NCBI GenBank assembly: GCA_002269645.1
Contig: NIVC01001190.1
Location: 276,428-340,427, forward strand
DNA length: 64,000 bases
Reading direction: 5' to 3'
DNA from: Macrostomum lignano
Taxonomy: Eukaryota
Shown: one piece after another, positions 50,326 to 61,940 of the stretch
Numbering within the stretch: the first letter of the stretch is position 1
Layout: the number at the start of each line of letters is the position of its first letter
Made by a program: the position numbers and the translations under genes
Notes under the pieces: model-generated
The model's input: only the letters and a program-made list of their open reading frames with translations
Told to the model about the DNA's origin: nothing
Databases searched by the model: none

Positions 50326-51795
50326 AATCAAACTTTGACTTGTTCGACGAGATCAAGAAGGTCGCCTTTCTTCGGCCGGTAGAAACACGTTGGCTGCAAC
50401 TTCTTCCAGTCGTTCAGCGTGTGCTTCGCATGTATCAACCGATTGTCCGCTTCTTTTCTGACTCAAAGACAAAGGCTACTGGCGCCAACTTTGCCGCTAT
50501 TAAGGCTGACGTGCGAGACCCCAAGGTTGAGTTTTTTCTGACTTTTCTAGCAGAGGTTCTCCAGCCACTGCAGCAATTCGAGATGCTGTTTTAACAGCAG
50601 GGTTGCCAGATTCATCATCTGTATTCGCAGCTCGTGGATGTTACCAAGCGCTGGCTCCTACGCTTTGTAAAACAGAGAAGCTGCCAAAGAAGAAGCTTTC
50701 GAAGCTGGACATCGCGGACGAGTCAATTTGGCTGCCGCCATACGAGATCAGCATGGGTGAACCCGCCAAGCGTCATTTTGTTGACAGGACAGGAGAGAAT
50801 CAGCAGGAGTGTCTTGTGACTGTGAAGGCATTCTTCAGGACTGGTACAGCCAAGCTTTTCGACTATCTGCCGCTAAATAACAGCATTCTCTGCGCCTGCC
50901 AGCTCCTCGATCCCAAGAAGCAAGGCAGCAAAGATTTTGTGCAATGGGCTTCCACCTTGGCCAAACATCTGCCAGTGGTTGTGCCCGACACGGAGATCGG
51001 CAACTTGGAGACTGAGGCGCGCCTTCACCAACTTCACCTGAAGGAGACACCAGGCACAGGCACAGCCATGGACATGACTGTGACAGACTTCTGGAGTTAC
51101 ATTGCCGCTGACACGGACAGATGTCGTCCTCTCCTATTGCGTCTGGTCCGAGCGTTGCTTGTTCTGCCTCATGGCAACGCAGATGTGGAACGCGTGTTCA
51201 GCAGTCTAAGTGATGCTGTCACGAAGAAGCGCTGCAGTCTTGCACCACAAACAGTGAAGGCGATTCTAGTAGCCCACTCCTGCCTGCAGGTGAAGCAGTG
51301 GTCTGCAGCAACTATTCCGATTGTTCCACAGCTGCAGAACATGTGTGCCAGTGCTTGTGCTGCTTATCGTCAGCGCCTGCAAGACGAGAAGATTGCTGCC
51401 GAGCGGGAACGAACACAGCAACTGGAAGCCAGTGTCGTGACGGAGCTGCAGGCTGAGAAGAAAGCCAGCAAAAAGTGTACACGCACCTGGACAAGTCGCT
51501 GGAGCAGGTCGAGCTGGACATCCAGCGGAAGCAAAAGGAGAAGGAAGACTCCCATAAGCTGCTTCACGAGTTGACGGCGGCCACCAAGAGCAAGGACGCC
51601 GAGATTGAAGAACTGAGGCGTCAGCAGCAGAATGTGCAGAAGAAGAAGCAGAAGGAGGCAGAGAAGCTAGCTGAGCTCGTCTTGAAGCGCAAGGCTGCTG
51701 AGCTGCTGTCAACGTCGTCAATCACCAGCACGAGCAGTCGTCTGTCTGCAGACATCGCCAACAAGAAGTTCAGGCGGGACACGGCTGGGACATGA
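50326..51795 (+). pseudogene. hAT-type transposase C-terminal fragment with a coiled-coil tail
   Basis: LRPVETRWLQL, and the dimerisation domain LPHGNADVERVFSSL...KKRCSL. Stop at 50592-94 and later frameshifts. Confidence 0.82.
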
Positions 51796-53379
51796 GAGAC
51801 ATGCTAATTGGTAGCCAGACGCATGCTGCTAATGACAACTGTTGCAAATTGGAAATTGCACGTCATGTGTGACTGTGAAGTTCACGTCATACAACAAACT
51901 ATTTTAACTGATTTATTATTTTGCATATACAGTGTCTTGTAATTGTGAATTCGCCAACATGCATATTCAGCACAATGCTTACTTTTCTTTCTGCGGCAAT
52001 CTTTATTTTGTCTGTGTTGTCTGGTTTGTTTGTTGTCTGGCTTGTTTGTTATCTGGATTGGACAAATCACAAGTATAAAGCAAAATTATGCATCTTAACA
52101 AGTGTCATCAATTGACTTATTTGGCTGTCAGTAGAATATTATTGGCATGGCGCGAAAACTTTCAGTCGGCGCGAAATTTGGCAAACTTTCCAATCACACC
52201 ACTGAATCAAAGGGAGACATTTTATTTCGTGATGGACCTCGTGCTGACAGATAATGGTGACTTTCTATTTGGTAGGACACACTGCACCGCTGGCCCTGAT
52301 CTGGCCATGGTCCGCGAGATAATCAACAGGTTTTTTCAATTGCATGTCCAAGATGCTAACAAAACAGATTAATCAAGCTGAGACAAACAAAACATTGAAG
52401 AGGAAGTTTACGAAACTGCAAAAACTCACAGGTGGGAAGCATTGATTTTGATGCGTGGTGCCCACTAACAATTTTGCGTATAGCCAGACTGGCGTAACTG
52501 GCCTGGCAAAAGTGAGATTCATTTAGTTTTATTGCTGTATTCTTTCTCTGCTTGCCAGACATTTCTGAATTGTGCTTACAGTTTTTATTTCTTTTTGTTT
52601 GCTCTTCGATGCATTTTCTCAATACAGTTTATAAGCCATCTATTCTTGCTTTGCTTGCTTGACATACTCCTGTGCCTACTTGTGTTACATCTAGAAATTG
52701 ATATAATTTCAACGTCTTCTTATGTCGCGTTTCATTCCTCTGCTTTTGTCATTGTTTCGGAAGTATACTTTGAAATACGATCCTTCTTTTTGAATACTCT
52801 GTGTTTACATCGCACGCTTGCGATCTCTAATCTTGGCCTCATCTTGTATAGCTGATATTTCAGTTTTTATTCCAGTTGCTAGATTTAGAATTCCTTGACT
52901 GGGCGATAAGATCTACACATTTCGGCCCATAGACATGAGTTTCGAGCGAGCACTTTTGAAAATTGTCAATCGTTTCCTAAAAGCTTCATGAATCCGAAAA
53001 GCTACAATTTGTCACTCGTCACTTGTCACTTGTCAAATTGTCGCTTGTCACTTGTAGTTTTCTCATGAAATCCACTCCAGTAGGGCAGTCATGCAGAACT
53101 GACGACTTCGAGAAATGCGAAAAAACAGATGGAGAGGCAGAGCCATGGGGATGCGTTAACCGTGAGGGCAAGAAACAAGTCAAGAAGGGGAGCAGCTGGT
53201 TGGCGCATTGTCTTTTACTAACCGCCACTCAAAGCCTAACCCGCGCTCAGCCTCGCATTCGCCCCGCCCCGCAGTCCCGAGTAACCATGGGAAAGTTTTT
53301 GTCACGCAAATAAAAAAGAACCTACGATGGTGAGAATAGGGACGGAGTTGAACCGCTCGTGCTAAGCGAATTCGACAGC

Positions 53380-54759
53380 ATGTCTCGATTCCTACTAGCT
53401 GTTGGATTCTCCCTGTGCCTGCTGACTGTTGTCAGCGCCGAGACTGGTACGTTGCATTAACAGATAAGACTGTCTTCTTTCAGAACTCGTATATCTTTGA
53501 TCAATACTCGTACATGTCAAGTTGATGCGCAAAATGTTTCTCTGCAGTTTTCTTCACTGATGAGGCTACCCAGACAACATCTACTCAAACGACGGTAGCG
53601 TCTGGTGGCAGCCTGACCGAGTGCGCGCTGAAATGCAAGCTGCAATTCCTGAAGGGCTGCTCCGCTGCCGCCTTTGTATCTGGGACGCAAAAATGCCTCC
53701 TCGCGGACACAACCAATGCCGACTTTCCTGGCGGAGTAGCTGTCCGAAAGCAAGCTGCGAGCACTCGTAAGAAGCTGAATGCGATGGCTGTTAAGTTTGG
53801 CTACGCTTTACTTTAACCAAATCACTTCAGACCTTACCGTGTTCCAAACAGAAAATAGCTGTTAATTTGTGCACAAACTTAGCAACCATATGTTGATTAA
53901 TGTTCACCTTACTAAGAGTAAGTGTATGTCATTATCCGCCACAACTGTGATATTTTAGAATACTTAATAGCAACTTAAAATGAGTGTAGCAACCAAAAGT
54001 TATACTTTTTGAGCACAGTTACATGTAGACTGCTCAATATATTACAGCTATTCTCTGTCGGCAACTAACGAATGAGTTCGAAAAGAATTCAATGACAACA
54101 GAGAATTGATTGCGATTATTTTTCAGAAGACCCAGTTCAAATCGAAGGCCGAACATTTAAAATCATTCAACACCGATCGAAGGGAGTGCTCAGCTTCGGT
54201 CGCGGATGGACTGAGTATGAGGACGGCTTTGGAGATGAGACCGACTTCTGGATTGGTGAGCAGTAATGGATTGTCACCAGAAAGGAATACATGCCATAGT
54301 TAAGGTGTCATATCAAATACATTTTGAGGTCTGAGAAAAATTCACCAGCTGACCGGAAGCTCGCCGAAGCTTCTGCGAGTCGAGGCCGTCACCTGGTCAA
54401 ATGAGCTGTACGTCTGTGAGTACTCCGGCTTCACGGTGGCCGATGCCAGCACGAACTACACCATGACCTACACTTCGTACCTGAGCAGCAGCTCCAACAC
54501 GACTAGCGACTCGCTTGCGGATAACAAAGGGAGGCAGTTCTCCACAATTGACCGCGACAATGACCAAATCAGTAGCTCCTGCTCTGCTGCGCGTGGCAAC
54601 TCCGGTTGGTGGTTTAAAAGCTGCTCAAAGTCCAACCCGAACGGAATTTATCACGCCTCTCCGAAGAATAATTATGAGAACTATATTTATTGGATAGGCG
54701 CTACAGGTAACAGTGTGTTGACACTGAAGAGCATCCGACTCATGCTACAGCTGGCCTGA
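53380..54759 (+). CDS. PAN + FReD protein, copy D (281 aa); exons 53380-53446, 53548-53766, 54127-54255, 54329-54759
   Basis: Signal exon, PAN exon (ECALKC..GCSAAAFVSGTQKCLL) and FReD exons; total 846 nt in frame. The last acceptor is a weaker GAG. Confidence 0.88.
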
Positions 54760-55901
54760 GTGCCCGAATCGGCGAATCTGCAGCAAGCAGCTCGAGATGT
54801 CGTTCAATAAGTCTCGAGTTTATCAAGGAACTTGACAAAAACAAACTGGCCTATAGAATAGAAATTGTTCTTCACAGACACGCAAAAGTCTCCCAGATAC
54901 TATTTTAGATCGTACATCAACTTTTTAAAATAATAGCTAAATCTGCAAGCAAAATTTACATTTTTTAAAAATAATATTTTTATTTAATTTGAAATCTCTA
55001 TAGTAAATCCTTTCAGAAAATATAAGTTTAAATAAAGCTAATAGTTCCCAGAATTTGAACTTCAACTGTCCTCAGCAGCAAATGACTCGTTTGCGTTGTC
55101 CTTTCTGTCGGAAATAATAGACGAAGAGAGCCTGCTAGCATACCCGTTCCCGACGGCTTGGTCCGAAATCGGGCCATAGACAAATTAGACAAAGTTTCTT
55201 AGTCTAACTTTGACACCCGTAGACGTCGGGAGCTGTTAAAGTCAAATGCATTGTCGGCTGATTTTCCATGCAGGAATGGCATTCTTGCACTCTTTTGCGT
55301 GCAGAAAGGATGTCTATGGTAAAATCTCACTGAAAATGCATTAGGCGCAGAAATGCATTTCTGCACGGTTTTGTGCATTCCTGCACGATGAATTATCCGA
55401 CAATGGAATTCCTTCACGTTCACTCGTGCAGATGTCATTCCCGCACTCGTGACCGTGCAGGAATCATTCATTCTTATTTGAGCCAGCGTGCGAAAATGAA
55501 GGCAGTCGTGCAGAAATTAAATAATCTATAGTCAAATCTCCACTGTTTTACACATTTTACATTCCTGGACATCGTGCAGGAATGAAACTCTCCGTTCCTG
55601 CACGCAAACAATTTATTAAACAATTTATTTAACAATTTATCTACACAGAGAGTGTAGAGGGAGGAAAGAGAGAGGAGGTTAAAAATAAATCGATTTTTGT
55701 GCTTTTTTATTTCACGCCGAGATATAAAATTAATTTAGTGAAAGGGGGAGAATGGCTCTAATAAGAATGAAATTCATGAAATTTCGCGCACTCGTGCTTT
55801 TGCCATTGACGCACTCGTAAGCGTTCAAGAATTATACTTTCCATGGAGGTCTAGCATAAATTTTCCAAGATCCATTCAAACTAATCTTTTATCAACAAAC
55901 C

Positions 55902-56979
55902 ATGGAGTCTGGTGCGAGTTCGGATTCAGCTGATTCGTCTAGCTATTACTCAACTGCTGACGAGGCCGTTGATGAGTTTGAAGATAAGATAGAGAACCCA
56001 GGAGTCGAACACGTTGCTGAGTGGCACATGGTTTAAGCTGACACTGATAATCGACCATCAGCCTTGCCTGAATTCCTCGGTACCCTCGGTGCACGACCTG
56101 ATTGGCATTCTCCAACTGCTGCGGATGGAAACGAAGAAGCTTTCCTGAAGCTATTTCTGACGGATCAACTGTTTGAAGATATTAGCCGATGGACCAACGC
56201 AAAAGCTTGGAAGATCTTTCAGGAGGCAGAGACTCAGGATGCTGTACCGAAGCTGGTGTTAAACTGGCGTGATTGCTCCACTAATGAAGCTCGAAAGACG
56301 AAAGTTGGTGGGCATTGTGCTGCTCATGGGAGTCGACAAGAAGCCAGAAATAGCCAGCTACTGGTCAACCGACCTGATCTTTCACTGTCCGTTTCTTTCC
56401 AAGCCTTTCTCTCTATCAAGAGACCGATTTAAGCAGCTCCTGTGGTGTCTCCGTTTCTACGACTGCTCCGAGGCTTTAGGTGCTGGTCCATTGGCAAAGA
56501 TGGAGCCCTTTCTCGATCGTGCGAGGCACCTCTGCAGCAATAACTACATGCCCCAACAGCGACTTTCAATTGATGAGACGCTGGTGCTTTACAAAGGGAG
56601 AGTTGCTTTCAAGCAATATATCCCGTCGAAGCGAAGCAAGTATGGCCTAAAGCTGTACTGCCTCTGCGAGACTAAGAGTTCATATTTATGGAACTTCGTC
56701 ATACACACGTCTCCTGAGGTTAATCAACAGTTTGGTGCAGGACTCGGATGTCAAGGCTTGAGTATGAGCGAGAGAGTTGTGGCAGAGCTGTGCCGGGGTC
56801 TCCTCCATCTCGGACATCATGTGTTCACTGATAGTTGGTTTACATCACGCCTGCTGGCCGATTGGTTGCTGCAACACGATACGCTGCTGACCGGGACGGT
56901 GCGGAAGAATCGCGGCATTCCCGCTGATTTGCAGGCTGTCAACATCCACCCAACTTCATCTGCATTCGCACGTTCAGGT
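55902..56979 (+). pseudogene. piggyBac (PGBD4-like) transposase remnant, interrupted by the Copia LTR
   Basis: LKLFLTDQLFEDI..WTN, LSIDETLVLYKGRVAFKQYIPSKRSKYGLKLY, and HVFTDSWFTS...LTGTVRKNR, with an acidic N-terminus. Confidence 0.9.
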
Positions 56980-59900
56980 TGTTAAAAAAGTAATGTAAAT
57001 TGTATCTATGCTAATTATAGTAACTCTCGTTAGATTCCCCAAGTCTTAGAACTTTCTAGAACGATACTGTATAATTTTGTCTATGCCTAAAACTAAAGCT
57101 ATTAAATCAGCCTCTGGCTTCATCCTCTCTTAACTTTCCCCTTTTGCTCGTTGACTAAGAAATATACTCGATCAGCTACACTACTGCGTTTGAAAAGCCA
57201 ACAGATTATGAGCCCAGCACGCTTCCACTGCGCATAAGTGGTAGCTGATCCAGAAGCCTCGCTCAGACGGAAAATAGGCTTGTTCTCGACACGAACTTTC
57301 CGAAGAAATGGCGGATGATAAGTTTCAAGTCGACAAGCTGGGAAGCGGAAACTGGACTACCTGGAAGATCCAGATCAAGTTCTGTCTTATAGCGAGGAAG
57401 CTCTGGGGAGTCGTCGACGGTTCCGTAATTCTCGCAGAGGATGCTACTCAGGAGCAAGAAAACGAATTTCGAGAGCAGCAACAGAGAGCTGCTGCAGTGA
57501 TCGTTCTTTCAATCAAGAAAGAGTTAATCTATCTAATAACTTCGTGTGGCGAAGATCCACATCGGATGTGGCAAGCTCTCCAACAGCACTTCGAACGAGA
57601 ATCAACTGCGAATAAGATCTATTTGAAGAAACAGCTTTTCCGGCTGCAGATGAGTGAAAGGACCCGCTTACAGGATCATATACGCCATATGAAGGAGCTG
57701 ACCGACAAACTGGCCTCTATCAACGCACCCGTCAGTGAAGAGGACCAAGTGGTCATGCTGCTCAGCAGCCTGCCTGAGAGCTACTCTACCTTGGTTACTG
57801 CCTTGGAAGCTCGCGGTGATGATCTTACTCTGCAGATGGTTCACCAAGCACTCATCAACGAGGAGCAAAAGCGGAGTGAATTAGGTGAGCGAGGGTCTGG
57901 TGGTACACAGGGTGGAGAGTCTGCACTGAAGACCCAAAAAGGCCAAGGTCTGCCACGTCGTGCTGTCTCATTAACTCATTATGCTCCTGCCACATGGCAA
58001 GCGTTTCAAGACAGCTGTAACAGATGTACTTCTAGTGCCTCAGCTGTCGTGCAATCTGTTTAGTGTTCGAGCAGCAGCAGCAAAGGATAAAGTGATACAG
58101 TTCGGTCACTCTAAATGCTGGATTCGCAACAAGGATGGACTCCTTGTTGGAAAGGGATCTGTTGTTAACAGAATGTACCAGCTTGACTGTGAAGTAAAAT
58201 TGCCGGCGAACACTGCGGCAGTAGTAAATGCTGATTCACCAGACACAAGTGCAACTTTATGGCACCAGCGCCTTGGTCATGTCAACGAACACCAGCTAAA
58301 TCAAATGAGCAAAGACCAACTCGTGAGTGGTATCTCTAAGTTGCAGACTGCATGTGTAGACTTCTGTGAAGGATGTATCGAGGGCAAAATGCACTGCAAG
58401 CCTCATAGGTCGATTTCCGAAATCCGCTCTACCGATAGGCTACAACTAATTCACAGCGATATATGCGGTCCTATGCGAACAGAGTCATTTGGTGGAAACA
58501 AGTACTTCGTCACCTTTATTGATGACTACTCACGCTGCGTTAAGGTTTTCTTCATGCGACAAAGGTCAGAAGTGCTTGATAAGTTTAAGAAGTTTGAGGC
58601 CATGGTTACAACAGAAACAGGACTCAATATCAAAGCACTGCGAACTGACGGCGGCGGAGAGTATGCATCAAGCCAATTTACAAAATTCCTGGAGCAGAAG
58701 GGCATTCGGCATGAGACTACCGTGGCTCATACACCTCAGCAAAATGGTGTTGCCGAACGGATGAATCGCACTCTCGTTGAATCAGCCCGCACAATGATGG
58801 CCCATGCTGGAGTAAGCAACCAGTTCTGGGCAGAAGCAGTAAACACCGCAGCTTATGTGCGAAATAGAGTCGTGACGACTGCTGTTACTCCGCAAATGAC
58901 GCCGTACTAGCGTTGGTATGGGCGCAAGCCAGACGTTGGGCACTTTCGTGTTTTCGGCTGCGTAGCCTATGCCCACATACCAGATGTGAAGCGAAAGAAG
59001 CTGGACAAGAAGGCTGAAAAGCTACGGTTCGTTGGCTACAATACGGATGGAAGAAGCTACAGACTGTTTGATGAAAGGTTGAGAAAGACAGTCATCCGCT
59101 ACGATGTGGTGTTCAACGAGACTGATTTTGGGAGCTCAAAGAATAGAGCGAGAGACAAGGACGCGAGCTGGTTCAACTTGGAACTTGATGAGCCCAATAT
59201 GACTGAAGAGACACCAGGTCAAGAACAGGAACAGTCGGTGTCGACAGAAACTGATCAGAAGCGATACCCTCAACGTGAAAGGAGAGCCCCTGACCGCAAT
59301 CGGATGCAAATGGATCTTTAAGGTCAAGTATGACGGTGATGGCAAGGTAGATCGTTTTAAGGGAAGACTTGTAGCCAAGGGCTATTCACAGAAGTTCGGC
59401 ATTGATTATGAAGAGACCTTCGCGCCAGTTGTAAAATTCCCATCAGTTCGTGCAATGTTGGCATTAGCGGCTAAACATGGATTACACGTTCACCAGATGG
59501 ACGTTGTAACTGCCTTTTTGAACGGCGAATTGTGCGAAGAAATTTACATGGAGCAGCCACCCGGTTTCGTCAAGCCAGGAGAGGAAGAGCTGGTCTGCAA
59601 GTTAAAGAAGTCGCTTTATGGACTTAAGCAAGCGCCCCGCTGTTGGAACAAAGCCTTTTGCGACTACCTAGCCAGAATTAACTTCGAGGAAAGCTCAGCC
59701 GACAGCTGTGTCTTCATTAGGAAAAGGGAGGATCTCACGGCCCTAGCTGTGTACGTTGACGACCTAATACTAATTGCGAAGAGTCTGGTGGAAATGCAAC
59801 AAATCAAGGATGAACTTTCCAAAAGGTTCAAGATGAAAGACATGGGCGAGTTGCACTACTGCCTAGGTGTCAACATCCAAACAAACAAGGAGGACCGCTG

Positions 59901-60422
59901 TGTCAAGCTTAATCAGAAGCAGTACATAACCAAACTGCTTGAACGCTATGGACTTGCAGAGGCGAACCCAGCCTTAACTCCGATGGATCCCAACGTAAAA
60001 CTAGCCAAATACGACGAGGGCAGCAAGCCAGTTGACTCTACAGTTTACCAGTCAATGGTTGGAAGCTTGCTCTATGCAGCAACTGCTACACGTCCAGACA
60101 TCTCGTATGCAGTGGGAGTTGTCTCCAAGTTCAACAACAAACCAAGAGAGATACATCTAACCGCAGTAAAACGAATCTTCCGATACCTAAAGGGAACAAT
60201 CGACTTTGGCCTAGAGTACAACTCTAGTGTAGAGAACTTGATCGGCTATTCTGATGCAGACTGGGCGAGTGACGTAGATGATCGACATTCCACCTCTGGC
60301 ATCGTGTTTAAGCTATCTGGTGGCGCTATCAGCTGGCTTAGCAAGAAGCATTCAACTGTCTCACTCTCGACAACGGAAGCTGAGTACGTTGCGCTGAGCT
60401 CTGCAGCACAAGAAGCCATGTG
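56980..60422 (+). mobile_element. Ty1/Copia LTR retrotransposon (5' LTR 56980-57203; PBS 57204-57217; gag-pol 57308-60422), defective
   Basis: TG..CA LTR of 224 bp; PBS GATTATGAGCCCAG; gag KLGSGNWTTWK; LWHQRLGH; integrase IHSDICGP/RTDGGGEY/QQNGVAER; RT QMDVVTAFLNG/YVDDL; RNase H YSDADWA...TEAEYVAL. Confidence 0.95.
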
Positions 60423-60880
60423 AGTAGAAGGCATGAGGGGGCTTTTAGGACAAAATTTTTCACGTCCTCCATAATCCCATTAAATCTATCCATATTATCC
60501 CTGACAGAATCAGAAAAAAGGTGGGTCGCACTCGCTCACAAAACATCGTCCATAATCCACCTAAATCCATCCATATTATCCCTGACAGAATCATGAAAAA
60601 GGGGAGGGGCCGCACTTGCTCCAAAAACTTCGAACATAATCCCATTAAATCTATCCATATTATCCCTGACAGAATCAGAGCATTATCCCTGACAGAATCA
60701 GAGCATAACAGGTGTCATATAATCCACTGACATCCACCCATAGCATCTTCGAAACAATCAGAAAATAATCTGCATTCTTCTCCCCACATTCAATCCGAAG
60801 CGGCGAAACCATATCCCTAAGACTTTAAATCATCAGCGCAGGGTCCTTACCCTTTGAAAAAATCTAAATTTTCTCTAAAA

Positions 60881-61120
60881 ATGTTTCCAGTTGTCTCTCC
60901 AGGTTCTTATTATACTCAGCCTAATCCATTGTACAAATCCAAGTACCAATGCAAACTTGAATGCAGCGAATACATGACAAAATATTGGCCCAGCGTTGAT
61001 ATCAATGTCCCTAATATTAATCAAGCTCTCCAAAGACACTGGTTTCATAAGTATGGAGTAACCTACGTAAAAGATTACGACAGCTATTATAACTTTGCAG
61101 AAATCATTAAGCAATTGTAA
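60881..61120 (+). CDS. Copy 2 of the small TIR-proximal 79-aa ORF
   Basis: Five aa differences from 45375-45614. Confidence 0.6.
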   Translation: MFPVVSPGSYYTQPNPLYKSKYQCKLECSEYMTKYWPSVDINVPNINQALQRHWFHKYGVTYVKDYDSYYNFAEIIKQL

Positions 61121-61462
61121 TTTTTCCTACATTCTCTCAATGATCAACGTCAATACGAACTCTTCACCGTTGAAATCAACACCCACTACTAAAAGGAGTA
61201 CTATATGCTAGGACTACTATTTGTAGATAATGAGTTTTTGTTTGCGACAAATATCCGACAAACTGCCGGATTTTTTTGCTCAACAAAAACTGTCGGAAAA
61301 CTGCCGGAAAACTGTCGGAAAACTGTCGGAAAACCACCTCAAATACTGGAAAATGCACTGTCGATGTACGCAGTCTCTATTTGGCGTGTGCAATGCAAAT
61401 CCCCCTCCCGGTTCTCTCTTCTCCCAAACAGCCGCCAATCCAGCTGAATTTTCTTACTTGAA

Positions 61463-61910
61463 TCATTCTGCTCTCTCAACCCCCAGCTCTTTCAACAGTC
61501 TTCCTAATTCTTTACTTGGTGCGTGCAACGCAAAGCCCACCCCTTCTCCCAAACCAACCCCCAACCCCAACTTTGCCTTACTAAAAATAACAGCTCTAAC
61601 TAGCTTTCGAGCGATCGATTCCTTCCACCCGCTTGAAGCCCCTATATTGTCTAGTCTCCTAAGCATTTCTTTGTCCCAGCGATTCTTCTCCTTAGGAAAA
61701 TCTCTATATTTAACGTCATGCCACATGCAGACAGTCTAGCTCGTTCACAGGCTCATGCCCAGGATGTGGATTATTGTTTTTATCTAACTGTATTTCAAGT
61801 GGATTCAAAGGCCCGCAATATTTATAGCCGGGAAGTGTCCAGCCTTTGTTTGGATGAGGAAGCTTTTCTATCAGTCCATGTGAATCTATTTTACCACCAG
61901 AGCGCTGCAT
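61463..61910 (-). pseudogene. PLA2X, copy 2 (2-nt deletion just before the HD motif)
   Basis: GACAGTCTAG here versus GACAGAGTCTAG in copy 1. Confidence 0.85.
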
Positions 61911-61940
61911 TATTTTATTTAAAATTTTCTTTTTAAATAA

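Larger units (their letters stand above)
48912..53077. mobile_element. PIF/Harbinger element 2 carrying nested foreign transposase fragments
   Basis: Ends GGGTGGATTTCAT / ATGAAATCCACTC with a perfect CAG TSD (48909-11, 53078-80). Subterminal ACAAGTGACAA repeats. MFSDSEDED at 49203 is homologous to MFSDSEED at 46761. Confidence 0.82.
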
